A stretch of 64,000 nt of DNA from Epithemia pelagica (taxonomy: Eukaryota > Protista > Bacillariophyta): the NCBI GenBank assembly GCA_946965045.2, contig OX337232.1:372001-436000 (forward strand), written 5' to 3'. The notes below the pieces were generated by a model. That model did no database searches. It was not told the DNA's origin and was given only the letters and a program-made list of their open reading frames with translations. The position numbers and the translations under genes are program-made. Positions 1 through 11,781 of the stretch are shown one piece after another. Within the stretch, counting starts at the first letter, position 1. Every line of letters begins with the position of its first letter.

Positions 1-1502
1 TCAAGTCAAGTATGTCTTTCCCGAACCGGGACGACTGGAGGGAGTCAAGACTTCGACGCAAAAGTTTTTGGAAATGGAACGAGTCAATTTCCGGTATCCC
101 GGACGAGAACGTAATACCTTGACCAACATTCATTTGAAAATGACCCTGTCGTCTCGCGTCGTCGTGTACGTATACTGGACCAATCGCCAGTGCCTCTTTT
201 CGTCCTGCTTGATTTATGATCTCACACTTTCTGATCAATCCTTGCTCTCTTCTGTACCTCTTTTTACGTTTCGTCCTTGGGCAACGGACTCTACCACGTT
301 CCAGATTGGGTGCCAATGGTGCCGGAAAGACCACCTTGATTAAAATGATTGTCGGAGAGACGATTCCGAGCAACTTGGGCGAATGCAAGTTTCACATTCA
401 TCCCAATTTACGCATTGCCTATGTAGCCCAGCACGCCTTTGCCCATGTGGAACATCACATGGAATCCAGCCCCGTCTCGTACATTCAATGGCGATTCAAG
501 GATGGCTGGGATCGGGAAAAGTTGGAATCCGAAGCCTTTCGCATTACGCCCGAGGAACAGGCCATTATGGACGACTTTGGTTTGGAAGATATTTGGAGTC
601 GTCGCATGCGCGGCGGCAAATTGGAGTATGAAGTCAAGAAACGCAATGTGCCGGAAAAGGACAATAAGTATTACAGTCGCGATGAATTGTTGGCCATGGG
701 CTTGGAGCATTTGATTAAACAAACGGATGAAAAGATTGCCTCCCGGGAAGCCGGCTTGGATTTACGTCCCGTGACCACGACGGAAATTCAAGGTCATTTG
801 GATGGCTTTGGGTTGCCCCAAGAATTTGGAACCTATGGCAAAATTCGTGGTTTGTCGGGTGGACAAAAGGTCAAGTTGGTCTTGGCGGCAGCCTTTTGGA
901 CGGTTCCCCATTTGGTCATTTTGGATGAACCCACCAACTATTTGGTATGTGGTGTGGTAGCATGATGTGTGTGTCTTGTTGTATCGTAACATTTGGGTCG
1001 GAATTCCATCTCATGCATCCTCCTCCTCCTTGTTGTCGTTTTGGTGTGCTCATGTCTCGTGGTCGATTCGTAGGATCGCGAAAACTTGGGCGCCTTGAGC
1101 AAGGCCTTGAACGAATGGGGTGGTGCCGTGTTGATGATTTCGCACAATGAAGAATTTTATTCCAGTGTCTGCAAGGAGGAATGGCAGTTGGTCAATGGCG
1201 AATTGTCTATTCAAGGCGTTTCGGACGAACGCGAAATGAAGGCTGTGGCGCGCAAGAAAAAGCAAGCCAAGGAGGATACCGACGAACAAGTGTTGGAAAA
1301 GGCGGGTGGAAATACCAATACCGATGGCGATCGGTACAAGGATGCGACGGTGAATTTTTGGGGCCAGACCGTCTCCAAAAAGGAAGCCCGATCGTACGAA
1401 AAGGCCAAGAAAAAGGGCGATGTCGAAACCATGCGCAAAGTCTTGCAAATCCCCAAGGGCAAAATCATGCCTGGATACGAAGAGTTGGGGGATGGCAATT
1501 AA
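1..1502 (+). CDS. eEF3-like ABC-F ATPase, copy 1, 3' part only (exons <1-165, 305-944, 1074-1502)
   Basis: Walker A LGANGAGKTT, chromodomain-like insert, LSGGQKVKLV signature, DEPTNYL|DRENLGAL across a GT-AG intron, Lys-rich tail; near-identical to 27526-29044. Confidence 0.9.
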
Positions 1503-1900
1503 GAAATAGCTTGCGCACCGAGAGTCGTGTTGTCGAGACAGTGCGGCCATGGTGGACCCATGAGGTGTGTTGTTTGTGAAAGCGCCTGGACAGAGGAGAA
1601 CAAGCAACTGATTTATACATTCTTGGTTCTCCCTAAAATGAATATAGGATGAGATAAATGGTTATGTCTTTGGATTGGAATACGATCTAGACTTCTCTGG
1701 CGGAAGAAGTCCAACCTACTGGAGCATAGATTGGGTCATCACGACGCCTCTAGCTATTTATGCTACCCATAGTAGGATCACGACTTTGGGATGGGAGTCG
1801 CACGCGCGGTCGCTGTCACGCACCTACACACCGCGTCGTCGCCACCATTTCAAATTCTCAACCCAAATAACGAAAGAGAAACCCTCTGGACCAGCAAAAC

Positions 1901-4900
1901 ATGTCAGAGAATCCAGACGACCCAAATCAAGCATCTACAGCTGCGGCATTACAAGTCGACGAGGCTGGAGGTGGCGGTCGAGGTGGACGAGGTGGACGAG
2001 GCGGCGGACGAGGTGGTGGTCGAGGAAGAGGACGAGGAGGAAGAGCAGGGGGGCGAGGAAGAGGAAGAGGAGGGCGAGGTGGTGGTCGTCGTCCTTCGAA
2101 TAATACCAAAGAAGAAGGGCTGTCGGCTGGACAAAAACAAGAACATGCTTCTGAATCGGACACACCAGAAAGTTCCCCTGCTGATACGAATCATCCAGCC
2201 ACTAACAATAGCAACAACGACAAACAAGCAGCTCCCGGAGGACGAGGTGGACGTGGGAGAGGTGGTCGAGGATCGTTCCAACAACAACGCGGTGGAGGTC
2301 GTGGAAGAGGACGAGGAGGAAGAGGACGAACCGACTCTGCACACGAATCTGCCACTACGGAGGAGTCTCCTACTAGTAGTAGGATAGATTCAGCAGAGGA
2401 GGAGAAGAATCAAGAGCAACCAATGGATGCCAACAGCAACAACGACAACAACAAGGGCGAGCCAAGCGGTGAAATGACCAGCGGACGAGGACGAGGCCAT
2501 GAACGACGGGGGCCTGGACGAGGCAGAGGGAGAGGGAGAGGATCACACAATAAGAATCGCCAAACAGAACAGGGCAATGCTCCCGATACCGACAAACAAC
2601 ACACTGAACCAGATGCAACTACTACCGAGACTCTGACAGAGCAACCAAAGGACACGCAACCCAAACAAGAAAGCAACAACAACAACAAGAACAATCAATC
2701 CAACAATGCGAACAAGAACAAGAATCAGTCCAAGGGCAAGAAACATCAAATCAATGCAACTCGAGGAAAAAATGGACAACAAGAAAACGAGCAAGACCCC
2801 AACAATGCTACGATCCCTCCTCCGGAAAACACCAATAATAACAAGAATCTCCCAAAGGATAAGCAGGAGGACCGGTCCAACAACAACAATAAGAAGAATA
2901 ACAACCATCGCAACCAAGATGGACCAAAGGGGAACAACAACAAGAACAACAACAAAAATCAGAACCACCGTAGTGACACTGGTCCTAGTGCACCCTCGGT
3001 TCCCCCTTCTCAGTCGCAACAAACGAGTGATATCAATTACGGTCGAGGCCAGTCCATTACCATTTTGCATGTGGCGGAAAAGCCCAGTATTGCCCAATCC
3101 ATTGCGGCAGGATTGTCTTCTGGTTCATCATCACGCTCTCGCGGTGGCAAGTCCCTGCCGGTGCACGACGTGACGGGTCCCTCCTTTCCCAAAGCGCCCC
3201 ATGCCGCAACCTGCCATCATCGCATTACCAGTGTCGCCGGTCATGTCTATGCCTTGGAATTTACTTCGGAATTCCAATCGTGGGATTCCGTCGACCCCGC
3301 CGAACTCTTTACCGCACGTACCGTCCAAAAGGCCCAACAGGGCAGTGTCGTCAAGCATTTGCAAACCGAGGCCCGCAATGTCGATTTTATCGTCTTGTGG
3401 ATGGACTGTGATCGCGAAGGCGAAAATATCAATTTTGAAGTCTTGAACATTTGTCAAAGTCTCATGAAAGCCAACAACAATAGCAACAAGAGTGAATTGT
3501 CCAATTACGACCGGGTCTATCGAGCCTACTTTTCCGCCATTACGCCCTCCGACATTCAAAAAGCCTACAAATCCTTGGGCAAACCGGATCGCAATCAAGC
3601 CTTGTCGGTCGATGCCCGACAAGAATTGGATCTCAAGGTGGGTGTGGCCTTTTCTCGCTTTCAAACGCGATACTTTCAAGGTCGGTACGGCGATTTGGAC
3701 AGTACCGTTCTCAGTTATGGCCCCTGTCAAACACCAACCCTTGGATTTTGTGTCCAACGACACATTGACATTGAAACCTTCAAGCCGGAACCCTATTGGA
3801 CCTTGGAATTGGCCATGATCAAACGAGGTCGATCCCTCAAGGCCACCTGGGATTATGGACGATCCTTTCAACGGAATCGAGTCCAACAAATGGTCGATCA
3901 AGCCTTGAACAATGATGATGATGGCAGCACGCCCATGGCCAAGGTCACAAGTGTCGTGACCAAGGAAAAGAAACAAGGACGGCCCATTCCGCTCAACACG
4001 GTCGCCTTACTCAAGGCCTGTAGCAAGGCCTTGGGCATTGGTCCCCATGCCGCCATGCAAACGGCCGAACGCTTGTATTTGAGTGGCTACTTGTCCTATC
4101 CTCGGACTGAATCGACCGCCTATCCGAAATCCTTTGATATCAAGGGCATGTTGCAACAACAAACGTCCGATCATCGATGGGGCTCCCATGTTCGACAATT
4201 ATTGTCGTCCGGAGACACGGTCAAGGCCCGCGGTGGAGTCGATATGGGCGATCATCCACCCATTACTCCCTGCAAGGCGGCTCGGGAACATGAATTGAGT
4301 GGAGACATGGCACGGATTTATGAATTTGTCGTTCGACATTGCATTGCCTCGGTCAGTCCCGATGCCGTTTGGAAATCCACCAAGGTCCAATTTGCGATTG
4401 AACGTTTGGGGGGACCCAAAGATGTCAAGGGAAGCTTTACCTTGCAAGGAAAAGAGTTGGTCTCGCCGGGATTTTTGAGTATTCTCATGCATCGAGAATA
4501 CAATGATGCGGCGGACGACGACGATGACGACGTGGGAGATGAGCAAGAAGGAACCATTCCAGAATTTGTCCAAGGGGAATGCATTCCCCTGTCAAATGCC
4601 GGCAATACAAAGGCGGGAACGAGTGATTCCAAAGTGACCATGACCGTTGCGACGGGCACCGGTATGGCGCGAGGAAGTCTCAACATTAAGGAACGCATGA
4701 CGACAGCGCCCGGCTATTTGACCGAATCGGAATTGATTGGGAAAATGGAAAAACATGGGATTGGTACCGATGCGAGTATTCCCACACACATTCAAAACAT
4801 TCAGAATCGCAAGTACTGCACTTTGGAAAGTGGTCGTCGACTGGTACCGTCGAAATTGGGATTGGTGTTGGTGCAGGGATATCACATGATTGATAGTTCC

Positions 4901-5905
4901 TTGGTTTTGCCACAGGTCCGATCCGACATTGAAGATCAATGTGGTAAAATTGCCAAGGGTCTTGCGGGGAAAGACCAGATGGTGACACAGGCACTGAACA
5001 TGTTTCGACAAAAGTTTGACAATTTTACGCAGAGTATTGATAAAATGGACGTTTTGTTTGGGGCCTCCTTCTCCAAGTTGGAAGATGTGGGCAAACCCTT
5101 TACCCGGTGCGGCCTCACTCGACGGTACTTGTCCTACATTCCGGGTCCACCGGTACGCTTGTACAACAAGTATACCGAAACCGTATATCCTCTGCCAGCC
5201 GGAGGTGAAGTCAAACAATGGTCTGGAAGACATTGTCCCGTCGAAGGATGCAACTTTGAATTGTGTCTATACTCTGTGGGTCAACCAGCACGAACCTTTC
5301 CCCTTTGTCCTCGGTGTTTCAATGATCCAGAATGGGCCTTGAAGAGTGCGACCGACAACGTACCGACCGATCCAGAGGATAAGGAAGATGCCGCCATGGA
5401 ACGTAAATTGGCTCGCATGTCCAACAAGTCCGTGGCGGGGCGGTCTCTGGTGTTAGAGTGTCCCCTTCCGGACGAACATCCCTTGATTGAAGAAAATACA
5501 GTCAGCCCGGATCCCGACAGTGACGGTGTCTTGATTTTGGATCCCCATTTGGGTCCCAAGTGGCGCCTGGTGGCTACGCGGACGCCCACAATTGTTCATT
5601 TACCGCAACAACAACTTTCCAAAGTCACAATCTTGGACAAGGTGGATGATGTCTTGGGTGTGCATTGGATGAAGATTGAGTTTAAGGAGGGTGCCAAAGA
5701 TGTTCCCACCTTACCCGAGGGCGGCAATTCCTATTCGTGTTGCTTTGCGACGGACGAAATTCTAAAACCCCTCGTTCGCATTCATCATGGAACAGAACGA
5801 ACCAAGGCGGCGGGACGTGGTCGAGGAGGCCGGGGTGGTCGAGGAGGTCGCGGTGGACGTGGAGGCCGAGGAGGAGGACGGGGTGGAAGAGTTGGACGAC
5901 GATAA
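1901..5905 (+). CDS. TOP3B: DNA topoisomerase III beta (type IA), copy 1, with long N-terminal RGG/Asn-rich extension
   Basis: TOPRIM motif HVAEKPSIA, LWMDCDREGENI, SYGPCQTPTLGF, catalytic-site GYLSYPRTES, GIGTDASIPTHI, Cys-rich C-terminal region and RGG tail typical of Top3-beta; intronless 1334-aa ORF. Confidence 0.95.
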   Translation: MSENPDDPNQASTAAALQVDEAGGGGRGGRGGRGGGRGGGRGRGRGGRAGGRGRGRGGRGGGRRPSNNTKEEGLSAGQKQEHASESDTPESSPADTNHPATNNSNNDKQAAPGGRGGRGRGGRGSFQQQRGGGRGRGRGGRGRTDSAHESATTEESPTSSRIDSAEEEKNQEQPMDANSNNDNNKGEPSGEMTSGRGRGHERRGPGRGRGRGRGSHNKNRQTEQGNAPDTDKQHTEPDATTTETLTEQPKDTQPKQESNNNNKNNQSNNANKNKNQSKGKKHQINATRGKNGQQENEQDPNNATIPPPENTNNNKNLPKDKQEDRSNNNNKKNNNHRNQDGPKGNNNKNNNKNQNHRSDTGPSAPSVPPSQSQQTSDINYGRGQSITILHVAEKPSIAQSIAAGLSSGSSSRSRGGKSLPVHDVTGPSFPKAPHAATCHHRITSVAGHVYALEFTSEFQSWDSVDPAELFTARTVQKAQQGSVVKHLQTEARNVDFIVLWMDCDREGENINFEVLNICQSLMKANNNSNKSELSNYDRVYRAYFSAITPSDIQKAYKSLGKPDRNQALSVDARQELDLKVGVAFSRFQTRYFQGRYGDLDSTVLSYGPCQTPTLGFCVQRHIDIETFKPEPYWTLELAMIKRGRSLKATWDYGRSFQRNRVQQMVDQALNNDDDGSTPMAKVTSVVTKEKKQGRPIPLNTVALLKACSKALGIGPHAAMQTAERLYLSGYLSYPRTESTAYPKSFDIKGMLQQQTSDHRWGSHVRQLLSSGDTVKARGGVDMGDHPPITPCKAAREHELSGDMARIYEFVVRHCIASVSPDAVWKSTKVQFAIERLGGPKDVKGSFTLQGKELVSPGFLSILMHREYNDAADDDDDDVGDEQEGTIPEFVQGECIPLSNAGNTKAGTSDSKVTMTVATGTGMARGSLNIKERMTTAPGYLTESELIGKMEKHGIGTDASIPTHIQNIQNRKYCTLESGRRLVPSKLGLVLVQGYHMIDSSLVLPQVRSDIEDQCGKIAKGLAGKDQMVTQALNMFRQKFDNFTQSIDKMDVLFGASFSKLEDVGKPFTRCGLTRRYLSYIPGPPVRLYNKYTETVYPLPAGGEVKQWSGRHCPVEGCNFELCLYSVGQPARTFPLCPRCFNDPEWALKSATDNVPTDPEDKEDAAMERKLARMSNKSVAGRSLVLECPLPDEHPLIEENTVSPDPDSDGVLILDPHLGPKWRLVATRTPTIVHLPQQQLSKVTILDKVDDVLGVHWMKIEFKEGAKDVPTLPEGGNSYSCCFATDEILKPLVRIHHGTERTKAAGRGRGGRGGRGGRGGRGGRGGGRGGRVGRR

Positions 5906-6602
5906 ACGATACCAAATTGTGGGGAACAGGATGGAGTTTCCTTGTCAACGTAGAAACATGTGTCGGTGGGTTATTCCGGTACTGTTCAAGGGGCGGGGCC
6001 CATTTCCCATCCGATCCAGTCGGAGCCGTGTGTCGAGAAAACGGGAGGAGCTTGTGCCGCATGCACAAAACAATTTGTCCGTGCGCAATTCCAAAATCAT
6101 GTTGAATAGCGAGTCACCGTGCGTTCTGGATATAGGGCAATTGTATATTTTTCAATGCGCCCCAAAAAGATTCGCATGGCAATACTAAAAAATAAGATTT
6201 TAGGGTTTTGGTTCGAAAAATTGATTCTTATCCCAATACGACAATGAAAATCGCAAGGCCCCACACACACGATGTATGTTTTGCACGTCACCATTCCAAC
6301 AACAACTTAGTTTTGGCATCGTTTGGTTGTTGCAGTGGTGTGTGACAGTCTCTCCAACTTTCTTGTCTTTCCTGCTTGTTGTTGCCTTTGAGAAAACAGA
6401 ACGCGAGATTGTTTTTTTTTAAGAGAGAGAGACGAGTAGAAGGCGATTGCAAACCAGAATCAACATTGATTCTCTCGGCTCCCCAAACTCTCGACAGTCG
6501 GACGACCTTGCTCACACACCGCTCCCAGCCAATCTATAGAACGAACGGCAGACCACCCACCCACCACCAAAGGGCACTGACGTTTGTTTGCAAGAGAGAG
6601 CA

Positions 6603-9600
6603 ATGAGTCCTCGAGGAGATGATCCACAGGCTGTCACTGGATCCTTGTTGGCCACCACATCCGTGTCGTCGTCGTCGTCGTCATTGTCGCCTGGTTTGGT
6701 GGTCCATGACAATGAGACGAGTGGTAGCTGTCGTCTACCAAAACAACCATCATCATCATCACCATTCTTGGACCACGACCATCCTGAGACCACGACTCCA
6801 TGCCAAACCCAATGGACTTTGCCACCACCACCACCACCAGAAAACGACAAAGCAGCAGTAGCAGCTGTGCATCCCGCCATTCAAGAGGAATGGCAGCAGT
6901 GTTGGTACCACAGAGCAGCTCGAAACCAACAAGAACAAGAAGAACGAGAACAAGAAGAAACGGGGGACGACCACTCGCATCATTCTTACTTGTTTTTGCC
7001 CACGGCCTGCATGGGACTGCCAGAAGCTCGCTATCTCCTACACAGTCTTCACAATAACCACCACAACCACCAGGACTCTGGCACTACTACTGCGATGGGC
7101 AAACGACGACGACGACGACCATTGTACCGTGTCGAATTGGATTCCTTGCAGGGACCAGGAACCACACTCAATGATGACGACAACGACGACGACCATCATT
7201 GCACCTTGTTGTGGTACACGTTGCTGGTGCAATTCTTGAGGGACAGTCACACGGTTGGTTTGGCCTGTGATCCACCGGGTGGTTTGATGGATACCAACGT
7301 TTCGTGGCCGTGGATTCGTGCCTTGTCGTCCACCAGTAGTATTCGACAGTGGGAATTGGGTCTGGATCTGCGATATCCCTGTACCGTTGTGTCCACCCTC
7401 TTGCAACAACAACAACAACCACCACCACAACAACAACAACACTCCACAGTCTCGGCCACAAGTCCTCGTACATCACATCCCACTGGTGTGTCCCTGTGTC
7501 TATTGGATCGGACACCACGACGAATCCAAACGGATTCTTCTTCTTCTTGTTGTTGTTCCAATCTGGAACGACTGGCTCAAGCTCTGGAACCTGTCACAAA
7601 CTTGGAGCAAGTGCACTTGTGTTATTTCCAGCTGAATCCGACAACCCCTACTCGTAGAACGAATGATTGTGTGGAGGAGGATCCCACAAGCACTCCGTCT
7701 TCTTCTTGTTCCATGCACTGGTTGAATCAGGCCTTGCACGGTTCCCGCCACTCATTGCGACAGTTGACCTTGCAAGATTGGCCTTACCGACCCGAGTGTC
7801 ATTGGGATTGGTTGGTTCCCATTACTACAGAATACCCCCTGTTGGAGTCCCTGGTCGTGACCGTGTCCCCCCAAGCACACGTGTTTGCCGCCTCCCGCTC
7901 GGATGACAACAACAACAACAACAACAACAACAAGAGAGTTCAATGGGACGGACCGTGGGACTCGTCTCCGGCCCTGTGTCGTGCCTTGTCGTCGTCGTCG
8001 TCATGGCATCGCTTGCAACACGTGTCCTTGCCCCTCTTGTGCGAATCCCCAACCTCGATTCAAAACGTGGTACAACCCTTTCTCGAGGCCTTTGTCTCGT
8101 CCTTGTCATCATCGTCATCCTCCATGTGGCAATCCTTGGACTCGGTGCCCTTGGTGTCGGTGAACCGCATCACTTCGAACACCACCAACAAGAATGAGGA
8201 TCCTACGAGTAACGATTCACATGACATTCGCATTGCCTTGCAAGAATTTACACAACCGATTGGGTTGCAACAAACCATGAAATCCCTGGTGCAGGTCCTT
8301 TCCTCCAGCACGACAACAACAACAACAGCAACCACAAAAGTGGCCTTGCAGGTGGATTATTCCTCCTTGCCCCACATGTTGCCGGTCCAGTTTTGGAGTC
8401 AATTCATTCCCACAACAACCACAACCACAACCGACAGTGCCACAACCACAACGAATCGCAGCACCGCCATAAAAATGGACAAACAAGTTGGGAATCGGAA
8501 TACTACTACCACCACGATTACTCCCCTCGTCTCCTTGACCTTATTGCAGGGTGGACAACGACGAGGATTGAGTCCATTACAAGTTCAGGCCTTGTGTCAC
8601 AATTTGAATACCACCTGTCCTCATTTGACACACTTGACCCTACCTCTTTCCAATTCCTCCAGTACCAACAACAACAACAGCATCAATAACCATGTCGTCA
8701 TGTGGTGTCCCCCATTGGCATTGACCGAGGTCACTGTGCAACTTCCGGGAAGTGATGACTCTTGTCCGTGGTCGTTGGTAACGCAACTCGTACGGGAACA
8801 ATCCCATCTCCATACCTTGCGACTGTATGGAGTTCCACCAACATTCACCGTCACACCTTGCCATTTATTCCATGAAACCACTCGCGCTTGTTCTCCACTC
8901 CTAATACTAAAAGGCAGCAAAAAACAAGCTCAAACTCAACAACGCCACCAGCCATATCCACAACAAGAACAAGAACAACACGAGTTGATTCAAACCATTG
9001 TACAGCATGCTTCATTGCATACCCTCGTGTTGCAAACCAAAGGACAATCACCCCGAGTCATTCACAGTGCACCACCCACAGTACTACTACACGAGGAGAG
9101 CCACGATTTCCTAGCATCGGACGGTGAGGAAAAGAAGCTGCCGGATCCACACGATAAAGATCCATCCAGTCCGCAGGCGACCGCCAAAAGAGACTCATCG
9201 TCCTTATTCTTGGATCAGCTATGCCATTCTCTGGCAACCCCATCCACAGGCCCGTCTTGTCCCGTGCGTGATTTGGATGACCACCACCACAATAACCATG
9301 AATGATAGTCATATAGGGGAACTGCTACTCCTGGGTGCAGAATGTGTTTCAACTCCCAAAATGGACCGATTGGTGTCCTCCGTGGCATGCCCTCTTGTCT
9401 TTTCCGTACCAGCAACAAAAGGCGCTTCCGCGAGAGGTGGTGGAGGCCTTGCACTATCATCCAACGATTCAACACCTCCGTCCCCCTTCTCACACAAAAA
9501 TCACAATCCCCCCACGGACCACCACCCATGACGGGATGGAGACCGACAATGCCATGGACCACCACACGAGGAGGGCAAATCATTGGTTCGGTCGGATACC

Positions 9601-9718
9601 ATCCCACTCCACACCCACGGACACTCATGATTGTACGTCATTGTCATTTTTTCCCATGCCCTTGGAGTTGCTGGCCCTGCTGCGACGAAATCGTTGGTTG
9701 CTCGAGGAACGGGGGTGA
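6603..9718 (+). CDS. Low-complexity hypothetical protein with LRR/RNI-like LxxLxL motifs, copy 1 (ORF 6603-9305; probable intron 9264-9316 extends it to 9718)
   Basis: Long ORF conserved in both blocks. Repeated LRQLTLQ, LQHVSLP, LTHLTLP, LHTLRLY, LHTLVLQ. A GTGCGT donor at 9264 and AG at 9315-9316 would join in frame to ORF 9335-9718. Confidence 0.6.
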
Positions 9719-9789
9719 GCAGCTACGCTATACCCCAACACGACGACTGCTACAACGCCCGAATCCACACGTTGTGCAAATCCTTGCAG

Positions 9790-11046
9790 GCCCGCGGGTA
9801 CAACACCAAGACTATACGCTGGGCACCAAAGTGTGGAGCAAGGAACCCATTGGTCTCGTGACGCGACAGGGCGATCTGACCTGGTCCGATTTTTGCGAAT
9901 GGACCATTCAAGCCTTCATTTATGCCCAAGAACATGGCATTACCAAAACCACCGCCTCCTTTCAATTGGGTACGACCACCCTCTGGGATCCCGCCACGAA
10001 CGATACCAGCAGTCCCCGCTTTACGGCCAACCAATTAGAGTCCGTCAATGCACATGCCGTGGCGGCGCGGGGCAATATTGAAGAACTGTACAATTTCAAT
10101 TTGCAAACCTTCATGCCTCGCACCGGCTTGAATCGCCTCAATCCAGGCGATTCGCCCATCATGTATGCCTTTCCCATGGGACCATTAATGAGTGACGTCG
10201 CGGCACCCGAACTCAAAGTCCAATCGCCCACGGTAAAGGCCATTACAGAACGTGGCTCTTTGAATTGTGGCATTCGTACCCGCAAAGGCTTTGCCGAATT
10301 TGATCGCACTACCAAGGAGTGGTCCGGCTTTGATGTTGATTTGTGTCGGGCTTTGTCGGCCGCCTTGTTTGATAGCGTGGATACCCGGGTTGTGTTTACC
10401 GATTTGCTGGCGGCTCAACGATTTCCGGTCTTGGTGCAAGAACGAGTCGATGTCTTGTCCCGGTTATCGACCTTGACATTGAGACGCGATGTGAAGGAAC
10501 CCCAAACCGGTATCGGTTTGAGTTTTGCCGCCCCCTATGAGTACGATGGAGTAACGTTGGCGGAGTCCCGCCCTTTGATACCTGTGCCGATCAACTCGAT
10601 GTGATTTCACCCGAATGTCAAGCCCTCACGGTCTGCTTGTTGCAATGCACGACAATTTTGTCCCGCGTCCAATATTTGTTGCGGAACGAGACTTTGTCAG
10701 TGCCAAATTAATCTTTAAGGAAGTCGTCGATGGCTTGAACTATGGCAGTTGAAATGCCATTGCTGGTGGCTATCACGATGTCACTGTGGAACCCATTCGG
10801 GAACGCGGGTATGTCGGCGATCACAGTGTGGGTAGCAAACGCAAACGGCATTCCAAAGATCCCTTGGCCTTGACGACAAAGCAAGACGATCCGGCGTGGA
10901 GTGACTTTGTCCGCTGGATATTTTGGAGTTTGGTCCACACCGAAGAACGGAATATTACCCAAGGATCGTCCTTGCCGACATGCCCCGCACGACGCAGTTT
11001 GGACCGCTCCGCACCGATGCCTTTTATTTGGCCGACAATGTTTTGA
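9790..11046 (+). pseudogene. AapJ/BztA-like (family 3) amino-acid solute-binding protein, multi-domain, 5'-truncated and frameshifted, copy 1
   Basis: SKEPIGLVTRQGDLTWSDF, RGSLNCGI, WSGFDVDLCRALSAA, VDVLSR and a second SKDPLALTTKQDDPAWSDFVRW motif; frame breaks near 9805 and 10555-10780. Confidence 0.8.
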
Positions 11047-11781
11047 ACGGAATCCAATACCAGACGGGAAAACCGTCCACATAATGAAAGTACTTTTATG
11101 AGAGTTTTTGAAAGAAGACCGAAGCTGCCGTGTGGGTGGATACGGACAAGGAATTGGCCGGTGCCGTGGAAATGGGAGTGGGACGGTGCGGTTTGGTGTG
11201 GCTTGTTGGCGGTTGTGGTTTCGTGGCAGTACTACTACTACTAGTATTGGATTTGCCGGGCCGTGGGGGCGTTTGCGGGGATCGTCGAGACGTTTTGTTG
11301 TGGAGCAACTTTTTGAAGATTGGTCGTCTACAGTTTCACCAGAATAGGTTCGAGGAGAGGCAGCGGCAAACGCCATTGGGTTTGTCGTTGGATCACTTAC
11401 ACCATGCTCACCTCAACCACAACAACTGGGTCGTGAACCCTCTCAAGTTGTGGGAGGGCCAGGTTCTCTAGTGCGGAATACCAAGGTCATTTCAATAATA
11501 CTAGAGCGTAGTTTATATTGAGAAAGCCAGTCGTCGTGCTTTTTTTTTTCATTCGAACAGTAGTCGTATTCGTTGGTTGTGATTCTTGTGTGGTGTGGAC
11601 TCGTTGACGACGACACGGACGATTTGAAAACGGTTCGATCGAACACCACCAGCTGCTCCGCTACAATTGTCCAGAGAAGCAATGTATCGTACCAGAAAAG
11701 GATCAAAAGTCGCCGTTGTCGCCGTCCTCTTTTTTTTTGAGTCAAGCCCATTTGTTCTCCCATGGTCTCGACGAAGGACTT

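Noticed and set aside
1927-5589. Numerous antisense and alternative-frame ORFs over TOP3B (and similarly over other long genes)
   Set aside because: Shadow ORFs caused by codon bias and trinucleotide repeats; no domain motifs
6195-6212. TTTAGGG as telomeric repeat (also at ~42759)
   Set aside because: Single isolated unit, not an array
11130-11471. 113-aa ORF with a hydrophobic stretch
   Set aside because: Looks like a coding fragment but no family is recognisable and there is no clear start; treated as part of the patchwork insertion
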